DNA of 64,000 nucleotides from Lingula anatina. Its lineage: Eukaryota; Animalia; Brachiopoda. Numbering within the stretch: position 1 is the first letter of the stretch; every line of letters starts with the position of its first letter. Made by a program: the position numbers and the translations under genes. The stretch is taken from NCBI GenBank assembly GCA_051362555.1, contig CM120646.1, forward strand, positions 2,604,001-2,668,000, given 5' to 3'. Below the pieces are notes generated by a model. That model had not been told where the DNA came from. It ran no database searches and worked only from the letters and a program-made list of their open reading frames with translations. Positions 1 to 14,009 of the stretch are shown one piece after another.

Positions 1-1287
1 TTTTTGAATCTTGCTTCATTCCAAGTTTACTCAGATGTTCTGATGGGTCTTTGAGGGATTTTCCTGAAATAATGGCAACAGAATTGAAATGCAAATGGTT
101 TCTTTATAATGCTGTTTCTAAGTCCATTAAAAATAGGGTCAAATATTATCATATATTCAGAAAAAAAAGCATAAGATCATTCATGGTTCCAAATTTTTTT
201 GTTTACTGACATTTAAATAGTTGTTTTACTGCAATTTTTTTCTTCTTTGTGAACCAAATGAGTGACTGCTATCACTGAAATGTCATTAAATTAATTCTCT
301 TCCTTTGAAATGATATCTCCATCTTAACCATCTGTTAGCACCATTATTAAATAAAAACAAAATTAAAATTAAATACAAAATTAAATAAAAACATTTCCAG
401 GTCTAGCCCACCTTTGAAAATAAGTCTCTGTCCTGGGATGGGGACTCCTGTGGCTATGAACACCTCTTTGGCCAGGTGTCTCACTGTCAGGACATCCCCA
501 GCTTCTTCAGTGGGCAAAGCCAACAACAGGTTGTGGTGACTTTGTCCTGAATAAAAAGTATTATCTTTTACAATTCTATTTATTTATTTATTTATTTATT
601 TATTGTACTCAAACTGCTTGTTATACCAGTAGAGTTGTCTTAGTCTACCAAATTTGTCTACCATCTTGAATAAATTGGTTTCGTATTTTATAAAATTTGT
701 TCCAAATATTAACCAACTGGATTGCTACTGTATTTATTGACAAGAGTGGTATTCTTAAATCATCTTATGAAGAATTTTGATTCATTAGCTAACCACGATG
801 ACAGTCAAGTGTGTACTGTCTTCCTACATCCTTCACGTACAGTACAAATGTACATGGACCCCAGTGCTGTTTACATTATATACTGTACTGTATAATTTAC
901 ATTAATCTCACATCTCACATCACTTGGCACATTTTTTCTTGGCAAAACCATATTCTGGAAGTTCCAGATAGGGCAACTGTCTCGCCTACTTCAGACTTTC
1001 TGACAGCCACAATTACAGTTTTTATACTGTGTCCAATGCTCAAATTTAGGCCCGTCTCCACGGTAGAACAAGATACATGTACCTTGTACAGTAGGCAAGA
1101 AAACATCTTGGAGCCGACACCAGTTTACATTATTGTCACGTCTTCGTCTCAACATCATGATATTATTTATGTCGCCTACAGAACACACCTATAAACAAAG
1201 GCACAATTACAAGCAATTTGGATGTTAAAAACAATATTTACCATGAACAAGTTTAAGTCGTAACTCGTTCACTCCGTCCGCTGCCAT
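1..1287 (-). CDS. BAG1: BAG family molecular chaperone regulator 1 (ubiquitin-like domain exons; gene runs off left edge). Exons 1242-1287, 412-546, <1-63
   Basis: Manual splicing with GT-AG introns and matching phase 1 gives MAADGVNELRLKLVHGQSHHNLLLALPTEEAGDVLTVRHLAKEVFIATGVPIPGQRLIFKGKSLKDPSEHLSKLGMKQDSK. This resembles the BAG1 UBL motif QKLIFKGKSLKE...LSALG. Confidence 0.8.
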
Positions 1288-1529
1288 TTCTTATCTCAAA
1301 ATCCTAAATCACTAATGACGACGGAGGGTACTAACATTGACGTAAAAGAAACATAAGCAACCTGAGCACTTTACATGACACAGTAACATATACTTGTTCA
1401 AAATTAGCTATTTTGAGTAACATTAATGGTATGAGTGTTCATATTTTTTGCTGAAAAATCCTAATTTTATAGTTTTATGGGGATGATGAGGATGATGTTG
1501 TTATAGTATCCATTTACGATAGTTTGAAG

Positions 1530-4508
1530 ATGGCGGATGTTTTAAAAGACTGCATTTCGAATTTGAAGACATTAATCCGTAATTCACACTTTCTTGGAGA
1601 ACAGTTAGAGTCCATCAATGTGTTAGTAAGTATTTCCATGTTCATATTTAGAGGTGGGTTATGTTTCCATTAAGCACTACAATTGCTTGTTCTCTGATGC
1701 TTAGTATTTTATAATTTTTCCACGTCTCTCTTCGGTCTCTATCTATTTTCACTTTCTTCAGCTTTCGGTCTTACATGCTACGCAGGTAAGTGCTCCTTTC
1801 ACCCTCTGTCAGAAACTCTCGAGAAAAGCTGTGAATTCACGTATAAATGGTAGTATTTCTTTTATGCTTGGAATAAAAAGATCTAAAATCCAAATTGCCA
1901 TGTGATGGAGGGCACAGAGTTATCGAGTAAGGGATATAAAATCTGGTACTCATGTTTATGTCAGTCTCAGGATGTGGATATTTGTAGCCTCAAGAGCTTG
2001 AAACAAAAAGTGGAATGAGTTCTTACCTGGGTAGTTTTAAAGCCTGAGGTGAAATTTATGCATACTTCTCTCTCATTTTTAGAGGGATTTGTCGCTCTCT
2101 ACTCTAGGTTGTCTTTGATATCAGGGCTCTTGTCACTGTATAGAGGAGAGATGGAATACATTTCATTCTGTGATCCTTCTCCCCTAATTTCCCTTCTCTG
2201 TTTTGAGAAAATATGTTCACTATCAAGGCAACATTGGAAATAAATGTCCTCTCTTAAATGAGTTCACTATCCTTGATGATTTGTTTATGTTTGATGTCTT
2301 TCATATTTTTCTATTCAATAAACACACTTACTCACTCATATACTAATAGCAATTTCACCATGTTAACGATATCCATCAAACTCCCATATAATAAATCCAG
2401 CAACCAGGTAATCAGTAGCTTATTTTTAATTAGGCTCAGCCTTGAGTTTTTTTTTTTTGTAATTTGAAATGACCTTTTTTAATTGGTAAATTACAATAGT
2501 TTAATTTGAAGTGTATGCATTTATATATGTGTATGGTCCCACTTATTTCACCCCAGGTATTGGCTATTAACAGATATGCAGCAGATCCCCTGTCCTCTAT
2601 GATAACAAATGTGTGTGGTACTGATATTAGCAGTCTATACGATGTCACAATAACAGATGGAGCACTGAAGATGAAATGTGTATTCTCACCAAATCTCAAT
2701 GAAAAGATTCAGAGATATGAGGTAAGAGATGTTCTCAAGAAAATAAAATACTAGTACTGAGACATATAATCATTTATCGTGTAAAAAAGGTACATGTAAA
2801 TAGAGGTGAACATATCCCTGTTTCAAATAACAAGGGAGACTGACGCACACAAAGGCCATTCCATTGGGTTCTTTTATGTTATAATTGAATTCTCTAACTC
2901 TGAAATTATTTCTGATAAAAATGATTAGATTAAAGCAATTTTGATATTATTTAAAATGTACTTACGAATCAGAACTGGTTATGGCCATCTTTTTTAGAAT
3001 TACATTTTTTCTGTGTGCAATACAACAAGCATGCATGCATACACACAACATGTTAGTTATGTACTGATTTTAAATATGAATGTCTTGTCTAATTCACTTC
3101 CAGATCTGTGTTGGGAGTCTTGTGACCCTGGAAGAGTGTGAGGTGAAGGTCAGTGAGACTGACCTTGACCTGGACAGTGTCGTGGTCATAAATAGTGTGA
3201 CAGTGATACCATGTGACCTGCTGTGGCACAGGGTAATACCAGGTAATGGGGTGTAGTTGATGATCTATTTGATAAAGATATTTCATGGTCTCTAGGTAAA
3301 ATAAAAAGCGGTTATCTGGACTTGGAGACTAAATAACAAGCCTTACACCATCCCAATCCACCATCTGTGGATTTTGATCTTTTAATTTGTTTTGAGACCA
3401 CTTAATTTTGCTGAACATTTTTTGTCACACAGTTTACTAGTAATTAAAACCTAATAGTAAGCTACAGTGGCCTTGGTTAAGATTAGAATATACACTTTTG
3501 AAAGGATTTTTGCCCATTTTGTTTCCAGAGAGACTTGAGTGGCACTCTTTTGCCACAGATAAAGAGAAGGCAGAAGTACCATTGCTGGCCAATAGAGGGA
3601 GCTACCTGTCTACGTGGAATGTCAGTGATCCCAGTGGCAGGTTATGGCAGGGAAATGGTATGTTCACAAGGGCTTTGACTCCAGCAGCACTGGATGCCTC
3701 TGGTGAAAACCATAATAATAATAATAATAATAATAATAATAGTAATATGTTGTGCACAGTGCAGTATGGAGAGGACAAACTTGACATCACGTTGTATTGT
3801 GTTGTATAGTATTATATAACGTAACATTTTGTTGTGTTGTGTTGTGTTACATTGTATCACATAGTGTTTTGTTGTATTGTATTGTGTAGAGTCATACCAC
3901 ATTACTTGTATGTTATATGAAGACACAAGATAAATTATAATTTACTCAAACTCTATTCTCCGTGTATTTCACTTGCAGCGTGTCCCAGCTTCTATCCCAG
4001 TGGTCACTGCGACGTTTTAACACTGAAAGAGCTGTCACAGCAGTGGAAATCACTGAAGCGCCCTCTATCTGCTGTCATAGTTAGGGTGCTCTGTAAATCG
4101 AGGCTGCAGTCGTATCCTAGGCCAGGGAAGACAGACAAGTGGCCTTATCAGGTTTGTTTATCTTAATGCAGGTAATGCTGCTTTGTATTTTTTGTTATTA
4201 TTTATTTACTTTTTGTTATATATTAGACCACAAGTCAAAGATCTTAGATGCATTAACAAATGGTATTTCAAAATACCTAAGACTAGTGCTCCTGAAAAAA
4301 AAAGTAAAATTATTGAAAATTATTATTATTATTATTTTTAATTTCATTATTATTATAAAAAGAAGTTGTATTCACCTCTTTGAAATTTTACTTAGATTAT
4401 AACATAGAAAGGCAACCAACATTTCTGACAGCGTACATTGCTTTTGGGCTTTTTTGTCATAGATTGTTTTGTAAAGTGAATGTAAGATAAGCACTGGATT
4501 GTGAATTT

Positions 4509-4549
<41 letters not shown>

Positions 4550-7500
4550 TGCAATAGAAAAAAAGCAAGTACATAAATTTTTACAAGCACACAATATTCA
4601 TTACAATACCAAAGTCCACAAGGATTTAACGAATAAGAAAATTATAGTCAATAATTTGTATACATGCAACTACACAAATCCATATATACCCCTCCATTTC
4701 TGCCATATAACATTGAATTTATCTAAGTCTTGAGATACAATGTATTTTTGCTTATAGATTTTGTATATATTTTCTAAATAAAGTTGAAGTTTTGTGAGTA
4801 ACAGTGCGTCTTTCTGACATTTTGTTTTGTATATGAAAAACTTAATGTGTATAGTCATGATTATATTGGATACATTACGTTCATTAATGTCAATTAAAAT
4901 AAACTGTATATTACTGAAATTTAAATATATATTACAAGAAATTAACCATGCTTCTACTTGGCGTAAGAAGTTTTGTACAATATTACAATCCCAAAGTATA
5001 TGATATATAGTTTCTACCTCCTCGTGGCAAAATGTACACATAGGTGATTGACTTAGGCCAGTTTTATATACAAAGTTATTTGTGGTGAGGATTCTATAGA
5101 AAATTCGAAACTGGAACCACAGCATTTTTGTGTCCTTTACCGACACATTGGTTTTCTTATATATCTTTTCCCAAAAACTATGATCCCGAGGAGTAAAAAT
5201 ATTTGACCATTTTTCCTCAAAAATAGGCCTAACATTCGAGCTATTTAATATGTCGTACATATCTTTTGATCCCCTTGTTTGTCTTACAATAACTCGTATA
5301 CCTTCTGGTTGCCACGGACCGTACATTTTGATTTTATGTGGATTGAATTTTTTTCTGTATAGATCATTTATTGTTGCGATAATACCATTGTATTGTAAAA
5401 AATTGATTTTAATATTGGAGAGTTCAGAAAATTCTTTATATGAATAAAGTCTACCTTTTTCATTGATAAGATCGTTCACTTGTCTAAATCCTTTATCATA
5501 CATCTCTTTATGGAACAGCGTCTCTTTATTTATCCTCAAAGAGTCACTGTACCATAAGGGGACTTTATTCAACTCGGTCATTTGTTCTTTTTTTTTCAAC
5601 AATTCCTGCCAAGCTAAAAAAACATCCTTCCAAAATAAATTCTGTGTGCCTGTTTGACAGAAGCGCAAATATTCACAACCACAGTTTAGCATCAAGTCTA
5701 ATTTATATCTATGCAAAAGGATATTTTGCCAAATACCCTCCCTATTTATCAACCGTCTCACCCAAGTTAATTTTAATGCCATTATTGAAGCTTCTACGTT
5801 TATCATATTTAGTCCTCCATCTTTTATTTTTTTACATACTATTTCCCTTTTTACTTTATCCGGTTTACCTTTCCAAAGAAATCCAAAGATTAGCTTTTTT
5901 AGCTCCTTAATTATTTGGTTAGATGGGTTAGGCAGTGAAATAAAAAGATGGTTAAATTTCGATATTATGAGACTTTTAATCACTGTAATTCTGCCGACGG
6001 GGGTCAAAATTCGTCTTTCCCATAGTTTAAGTAATCGTTCAGTACTTTCAATTTTTCCCCGATAGTTCCTTTCACATATAGTATCTAGTTCGACATAGAA
6101 TTTAATACCTAATAATTTAAAAGACGTTGCACCCCATATTAATGTCCAATTTTTGCACAGTTTCTCATTTGAATTTTTTTTACTCCCTATTCAAATAACC
6201 TGAGTTTTGTCATAATTTATTTTTAAACCCGAAATTTTTTCAAACCATCTTAGATCCTGTAGGGAGGCGTTAAGGGATTGTTCAGAACCATCTAAGATTA
6301 AGGACGTGTCATCTGCATATTGCGATATTTTGTATTCATTTTCCCCAATTTGTATTCCTTTAATTTGAGGGTTATTCTTTATGCTTACCGAAAGAATTTC
6401 AGAACATAACAAAAATAAATATGGTGATATCGGATCACCTTGTCTCAGGCCACGCTGTGGTTGAAACATTTCGGATAAATGACCTCCTTGATTTACTCTT
6501 GAAGTAATGTTTTTATAAAAGGTTTTAATGTAATTTATTATGTCTGGACCGAAATTAAAGAAAATAAGAACTTGATTTAGAAAGTCCCATGATATACTAT
6601 CGAATGCCTTCTCAAAATCTATTAGAAGTAATATTCCAGGTACATGGTTTTCCTCAGTATATTGCATGAGATCATAGATTAAACGAGTATTTTCCCCTAT
6701 GTATCTCCCTTTTAGGAAACCAGTCTGTTCTTTACTTATCAGTTTATCCAATACCGTTTTTATTCTACTTGATACGACACCTGAGGCAATCTTGTAAACA
6801 GTATTCAATAGTGTAATAGGGCGCCAATTTTTTAAAAATTGTTTTGGTCTATCCTCCTTCGGAATGCATGTTATGATTCCCTCCCTTTGGGTGACAGAGA
6901 GCTGCCCATGTGTAAGACCATAATTTAAAGATCGTATAACAAAGGTCCCTACTTTCGCCCAAAAAAACTTTAAGAATTCCACAGTAAATCCGTCCGAACC
7001 TGGACTTTTATCGTTTCTCATTTTTGTGAGGAATATCTTGGCTTCAACATTTGTTATTGGACCTTCTAGGCTTTCCCTCTCATCTGTAGTCAGTTTTGGT
7101 ACATTAAAATCTTTTAAATTTGTTTGCCAATCAATATCAGCACACTGTGTATTTTCTGAGTACAATTTTTCGTAAAACTTTTTTGTTTCTTTTAAGTTTT
7201 CATTCTGCTCAGTAATATATTCATTTTCACCAACCTGTAGTCGGGGAATAATTTTTTGTGTAAATTTTCTTTTTTCAAGGCTAAAAAAATATTTTGTGGG
7301 TTTTTCTCCCTCAGTTAACCATTTCTCGCGCGATCTAATAATACTACCTTTTAACCTTGCACTTCTCATCTCAACTAACTGTTGTTTTTTCCTTTCTAAT
7401 TCTAGTTGAAGACGGGCATCACACTTTTCATAATCTTCTGTTAATTGTTCTATTTCTTTCATAAGCCCTTTTTCTACCTCTTGTAATTTTTTCTTTTTAA

Positions 7501-8819
7501 AACATGCATGGATTGTGAATTTGTTGCTCTGAACAATTTTGTAGAGGATATTTCGTGACATATTTTAGGCATATTTTGAGGTTGCAGACAGAAGTGGTGC
7601 CTGTACTGTAATTCTGTGGAATTCACTTTGTCCTGAGCTTTACAAAAGGTAAATCAGTTAATAGTGGGCAGACATTAAGAGAACTGTTACAATTGTTATG
7701 AATAGATTTTCCAACCAAATATTTGTTTAGAACTTTGTCTATATAATGTTTTAAGTCAAACTTAAATTGGTGGGTTGAATTCTTTGAATGAAAAAAAATA
7801 TAATCTTTGAAAAAAATGCACCTGACTGAAAACTATTCACAGGTTGTATAGAATTACTAACAGAGATGTGTTAAAATGTTAGAATGCATAAACTTTAGCG
7901 CAGGTTTTCTGCGTTGATTGTTTTCAACCTGATGAATTTGCTATTAACTGTTTTAACCATTTTAAAAGTGAAGTTTTATCTTATGTCAGCATCCAGGAGG
8001 GCTCTGTCCTGCGCCTTGGGAACTACAGAGTGAGGGAGAGGTTCCAGATGCACACACGCCCCTCACTTAGGAACAACGATCTGGAGCAGTTCGATATCGA
8101 GATCAGTGTGAACAAGCACCACCCTGTTGGCGAGGTACAGATGGTTCCTCTGGCTAGTGTGGACCAAAACTGGCACCTGCCTGAATTAAAGTACAGATTT
8201 GCTAATAGGAGGCAGCTAGGGTGGGTGTTGACTGTTGGTGGGTAGATTTTTAAGATAATGAAAGAATGCACACACATTAAAAACATTTTTTAAAATGCTT
8301 ATTGTGCTGCTTTTTGTAAATTAAGATTGGTTTTGGTATAGGTTATGTGTACTGAATGCAGAAATTTTTCTAGAAATGCCCTTGACCAATAATTTTTTAA
8401 TGAACTGCCCCTTGCCCCTGAAAAGATGTTTTCATGTATGGCACTATATTATTCACACAAGAAATGAATTCAAATTAATGACAACATTGTTCCTTTCCAT
8501 TAGAAACAAGTGATATGATCATATGAACATAAATTGTCTCAAACAATCACAGTGTATACCTGAGCTAAATATGGAAAATACACAGTCAACCAATTTCTTA
8601 TTTGTTCTGAAAATACTGTAATTTTCTTCATTACAGGAGCCTCCCAGAAGATAGCAATGTAGACATATGTGGTATTATCACTTACATGTCAAGGTACTGC
8701 AGACTGAGAAGGAAAGGTAACTATGTAAATATTTACCAGGACTGTAACATGAAAAATTGAGTTAGTATATGTTTTTATAGTGAAAGTTATATAGGTTATA
8801 TGCTAGAACATTTTACTTT

Positions 8820-8854
<35 letters not shown>

Positions 8855-9078
8855 TTTTAGCTTAATGGTGTTTTGGTCATAGTTTGTTGCCCTAATCAAT
8901 AATGGAACTAGTTTTTAACTGCAGAAATCACACCACCTTTAAGTTGTCCAAATATTTAGGTTTTTTAGTCTTTTTACCTTACATTACATGCTATAAATAT
9001 CATGGAAATGATCAATATTAATATTTTATCTACTGTGTTGTGATGTTTGAAAATGACTCTGAAAGTCATTTTTTATCA

Positions 9079-9129
<51 letters not shown>

Positions 9130-12100
9130 ACATTGATTTCAGGGACAGTATGTGAAGGAGGGTTTTGGACAATGCGTTGGTTACATGTTCACGATGAAAG
9201 TAGCAGGCAGCCTGTGATAGTGCAGCTATTTTCAACTTCTCAGGTAAAAGAAAAAACCTTTGATTTAATACAACCATGGGAAAGTTTTGGTAAAAATGCA
9301 TGTTTTGTAAAAATAAGTTATTGCATGAATTTTGGTTGGAGTTTTTTGGGTATGTTGAGAAAATTATCTCTTAACTTCCAAAATTGATTTTACAATAAAT
9401 CCTTACTAGATTGATATTTAACTATATAAAGAGAGATTTAGTTAAAAAAATGAACATGTATAACTATAAAGTGTGTGTTGTAATGTACCCAGCCCGAGTC
9501 TCATGCCCGTTTGGCCCCTGGTCAGATGTTGGTGTGTACACAGATGAGGGTGATGCAAGGACAGCTCCACACATCTTATCAACAGAGGTTTATGTATGTG
9601 ACCACCACCAATGAATCTCAGGTAAAGTATCACTTAGGGTGAGGTAACTGCTTAGCTGTTTTGGAGAGAGAGAGAGAGACTTTGGCTACGTTCACATGGA
9701 AAGTCTATTTTCTAAAAATCTATTTTCTATTCGCCGTATCTTATGATCATGGTCTGTGCCCTGAATATCCCGCGGCGTAATTACTGGCAGCGCGAGCCAG
9801 TTACTTAAAGTAACTTATAGTAACTGGCTCGCGCTGCCAGTAATTACGCCGCGGGATATTCAGGGCACAGACCGTGATCATAAGATATACTGCGAATAGA
9901 AAATAGAATTTAGAAAATAGACATTGCATGTGAATGAAGCCTTTAAGTGATCTTAAAGTTTAACCCCTAAACATTTTTCTTTTGTAGTACTGGACCCTCT
10001 CAGTCTTTAGATAACATCACTTAATCCTCTCCAAAATTTTGATTAGCAAGTAGCAAATACCATTTTTAAGTAACTAAACATTTGCTAAACAATGTAAATT
10101 TCCTTTATAATCTTTTGATGTCTGCCATTTTTATTCTTAGTTATTATAATTGATAAATGATGACAACAAAACTGAAGTTTAGTGAAACATTAACCTAAAT
10201 TGCCCAGTATATTGCAGTTTTAAAATAGTCACAGTAGAAGCATTTGATAAATATTAGAAATATAATATCCAAATATGATTTTCACCTAAGAATCACCCTT
10301 GATCATCATCCTAGGTATATACCACAGGGGACCACCATAGAGGTCAGTATATGACCTGTCCACAGGTCAAGGTTGTCATCCAGTGGTGTCAGAGGTCAGA
10401 GGTCAGGGACATGGTCTCCATGGCAACAGTTGGTGGTTACTATGACTACCCTCCACTGCCATCTACTCTTATGGAATATAAAGACTTGTTTAATGAGGAA
10501 AAACCACTGAGGGTGAGGGAAAAAAAGAAAAAGAAAGAAAAAGGAACATTTTATTAAAGATAACTATATAGAGCTACTTTTCATCAATCTAACCTGCTGT
10601 GCTGTTTTTCAAATCTAATTGCCAGTTTGACGTCACAAAACCACTGAAGTGACATAATATGCTCATTAAAATGATATGATCATGTTATACTGACAAAAGT
10701 CACTTAGCATTTTCAAAATTGTTATTTGATTTCATCATCACTGTTACCTGATAGTTCGCTTTGTCAGATTTCCATTGTGTGACTTGCAGTATTCTTGACT
10801 GGTGGTAATAAAATAAATCTAGCTTGAATGTGTAAGACAGAACAGTTTCATTGTTCTTTATATAATTAATGAAAAACATGGATAATGTTCTTCTTTTCAA
10901 GAGCTATGAGTAACTGTTAGGTATTATCTCCAATATTTCGGCAGCTGCTGTCTTTGGTCATTGTGGCTGGGGCCAGTTGATACTTATATTCACTGTTGAA
11001 AGTGGCTGACAGCTACAGAAATGAAGGTTGTAGAACTTCTCAGATCTCTCAATAAGAAGATTCACCAGTTTGTGAAGTTTCAACATGTACAGAACTTTTT
11101 TTAAAAAGATTTTGGTAGTGCATTGTATATGATAACTTCATGATACAAATCAATATTTCAGGTAACAACCAGTGACAACCTGGAGACAGAGCTGAGGGAT
11201 ATTTACTTCAGGGAGCAGAAGAGAATCACATTTCAGGGACTAATTGTACAGGTGAAATATGTACCCCCAGACCACACCCAACCTGGAGAGGGAGGAGAGA
11301 AGGGGGAGGGGGTGGGAGCAATGGAGGAGAGTGAATTCACACCAGTGGCGAGCAGGCTCAGGTAATGGAAAAATTTACCAATTTTTATAAAGTAGATCCT
11401 GTAATGATATATAATGCTTTGGTACCTTGTTCCACAATCTCCGTGCTGTGTGCAATATTAACTTTTAAGATGAAACCTTAGAAGAATGAGAATAAGATGG
11501 ATAATTGTAGATAAGTACACCAGTGGAGAGGTGGTTAAGTTTAATTATGAATAACTACAGTAACTGTTAGTAACTTTATTTCTACCCAGTAACAATCAAT
11601 ACTGACATTGATAGTACTCATAATTTTTATTGGCAATTTTAAGGACATGAGTACAATTTTGTATGTAAGGTTTTTTGTACGTGGTTAATATTAAAACTGT
11701 AAAATTTTTTAAATGAGAAAGATTGTGTGTGCCATGAGTAGAAAATTTGTCTCACTTTCCTAAAATCTGTTCTAAGGTCCAAGAGAAAACTCAGCCCTTC
11801 TGCAACATCCATTTCTCCATCAAAAGCAACAAAGACATCACCTAGACAAGCTTCACAAACGTCTCCATCCAAGACTAAAGGGGGGTCAACAAAGAAGGCA
11901 CAGTCACCTTTAAAAGGGAAAAAGACATCACCGAAGAAATCAGGCTCTAGAGAAGTACAGGACAAATCAGCAGCTGTGGACAGGGAGAATGAATTATCAT
12001 CTGAAGCAGTGGTGAGTACTGGAAAATGTATTGTTGATTAGTGAGTTCAGAAAACTTTTAGTTTCATTGAATTGGGAACTGTCAGCTTGGGCCAGTATAC

Positions 12101-13299
12101 ATGTTCGTGTAGTTTCCAGCCATTTGTAGAAATCTCCTCGTCTTGTTGTATACAGGGAACAGTTTTTACTGTGTAACTCTTCATACAAGAAAGAACTCCC
12201 ATTAGGATGTTCATTTACATTGCTAACAGTTATGTTAACACTTCCATTTATTTGTCATTGTGCGTTTTTTAAAAGAACTCATTTGGAACATCAGAGGACA
12301 GAAGGTTTAAAATGTTTACTTAGCTTTGTTACTGAATATTTATGGCTTATGGGAAAATTATGACAAACATTTGTGAGAAAAATGTCATTCCTTCATCAGA
12401 TAAAGATGTCAGTTGAAAACTTGGGATACTGCATAGCAGTATATGTTTTTTATACAATTTTGTCACTTGCAGGAAGAGCAGCAGGTGGTTGTAGATCCAA
12501 TATGGCAGAGACAGCAGTCTGCTGTGACTGTCCTTGGCTCCACCAGGTGTCAGCACTCTACACCAGTACTCCACAGTGATATGAGTGTAGTTGAATTGAA
12601 GAAAATTATAGGGCTGCCACCTGATTACTTCTCACCAGCTGACTTTGAGGATTTCTCTTACCCTGGTATTACTTTCAGTTTTATTAGTATAGAATGTCAG
12701 AATTCAAAAAGCATCATGAAAACATTAATGTGAAGTGATTTCAGTATCAGCCTTTGATGTCACCTGCTTCGGTTGATTTTTTTTTTAAATTACTTTATTA
12801 TTTGTTTTTGATACCCTGCAAGGCAAGTATATTTTACAGCAAATGTTTAAACATCCCACAGACATTTTTCTGTAAAAACTGCATTTCCTATTTGTGCATT
12901 GTGGCATTATCCTTGTTGCAATCATATTAATTTATTGCAGATTTAAAAAGGCCATCATATGGAGGGCATCTTGTAGTGACAATATTAGGGCTCAATGAAA
13001 GAGTAGCTGTGAACACCATTGTCCTTTTACCACCCCACCTTCCACAACACCAAAACTTTACAGACCTCTTGGCAGGCAAATTGGATAAAAGTGAAACTGG
13101 TAGAAATGAAAGTGAAACTTCTGAAAACGAAAGTGGCAGAAATGAAAGTGAAAGTAATAGGCCACCCACAGTACAGCAGTTGATGGACAGTGCCAGGGAA
13201 GTGCAAGGAAGGAGGGTGGTGTGTGTGATGGACTTGTACTCTCTTGGGGAGGGAGAAGAGGTGGAAGTGATACTGAACAGAGGTTATGTGGCCTCTTGA
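1530..13299 (+). CDS. RADX: RPA-related protein RADX (OB-fold ssDNA-binding protein). Exons approx. 1530-1625, 2557-2721, 3104-3242, 3529-3702, 3979-4151, 7569-7648, 7990-8220, 8637-8716, 9143-9243, 9493-9621, 10315-10512, 11162-11361, 11777-12011, 12473-12665, 12941-13299
   Basis: The GT-AG exon chain is phase-consistent. Motifs include YDVTITDG, VRVLCKSRL...WPYQAYFEVADRSG...LWNSLCPELY, VYTTGDHHRGQY...VIQW...GGYYDYPPLP and the C-terminal CVMDLYSLG...VEVILNRGY, all resembling RADX/CXorf57. Confidence 0.85.
4512..7508 (-). mobile_element. 5'-truncated non-LTR retrotransposon (L1/Tx1-like) in RADX intron 5, antisense
   Basis: ORF2 RT motifs KSPGSDG, NWRPITLLN, LIDFEKAFDS, RQGDPISPYLF, QYADD and a C-terminal CxxC...H...C knuckle are present. 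The poly(A) tail appears as poly-T at ~4510-4547. A 17-bp TSD TGGATTGTGAATTTGTT sits at 4495-4511 and 7509-7525. Confidence 0.95.
4670..7500 (-). pseudogene. LINE ORF2 remnant (RT plus C-terminal domain, no endonuclease) with one in-frame TGA at 6191-6193
   Basis: ORFs 6191..7561 and 4670..6007 share a frame. The gap translates openly (IGSKKNSNEKLCKNWTLIWGATSFKLLGIKF...LWERRILTP). Confidence 0.9.
9684..9941. mobile_element. Near-perfect palindromic MITE (Harbinger-like termini) in RADX intron 10
   Basis: Arms of ~120 bp run GGCTACGTTCACATG...GCGAGCCAGTTACT and AGTAACTGGCTCGC...CATGTGAATGAAGCC around a short spacer. TTT flanks both sides. Confidence 0.8.
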
Positions 13300-14009
13300 T
13301 AAGAAACTGAGCTTCATGCCTTAAACTTTATATAACAGCAAAACAAAGGAAGACCTGGAATTTCCAGCATTTTTTTTCCCTAAATCACCAAGGTGCATCT
13401 TATCTAAAAGTTCAGAAAATTGCAATCTAATTGTACTGGGTATGCACCTTTAACAGAGCATATTTAGTTTGTTCTGAAAATTTTGCCATATTAAGATGAA
13501 TAACTGGTGTTTGAAGTGGGCATGTATCGATTGTGTACATTGTATGATGTTACTGTAAATAAGAAGTGTTACTATTGGGAAGTTCTATTACACTAAAACA
13601 GATTCTATAAATTTGTATTTATTCATTTATACATTTACATATTTAATATATACAGATTTTTAGTGCTATAGCACCACTTTTAGAAATAGTCCTGTTCTCG
13701 GGTTTTTATTCATTTACATCTTATTTTTAATGTTAATGTTATACATATTTTAAACACAAAATCTCAGATTTTGTTTCATTATTTTAAATAGCTATATTTC
13801 AGTAAAACAGTCAATTGGGAGACTTGATTGTATGAAATGTTCTTCGTTCTGAATTTTTACTTAATAATAAGTAAAATGAAAAATCTATGTCAGATCATTA
13901 CTTTCTGTTTTGCTAAAAAACAGTTATGACACTGTTGTTCCTTTATTTCTGATGTGCTTTAGCGAAGTTTTTTTCTTGTTGGTTCCATTTAAAATTCAAT
14001 TTCTTTCAA

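Noticed and set aside
811-1194. Short ORFs in BAG1 intron 1, including an acceptor-like site at 1188 on minus
   Set aside because: Splicing it to exon 1 gives an early stop and no recognisable protein. Exon 1 joins 412-546 cleanly.
7509-7561. N-terminal extension MSRNILYK... of the LINE ORF
   Set aside because: It lies in the TSD and flanking host intron, so the open frame is fortuitous.
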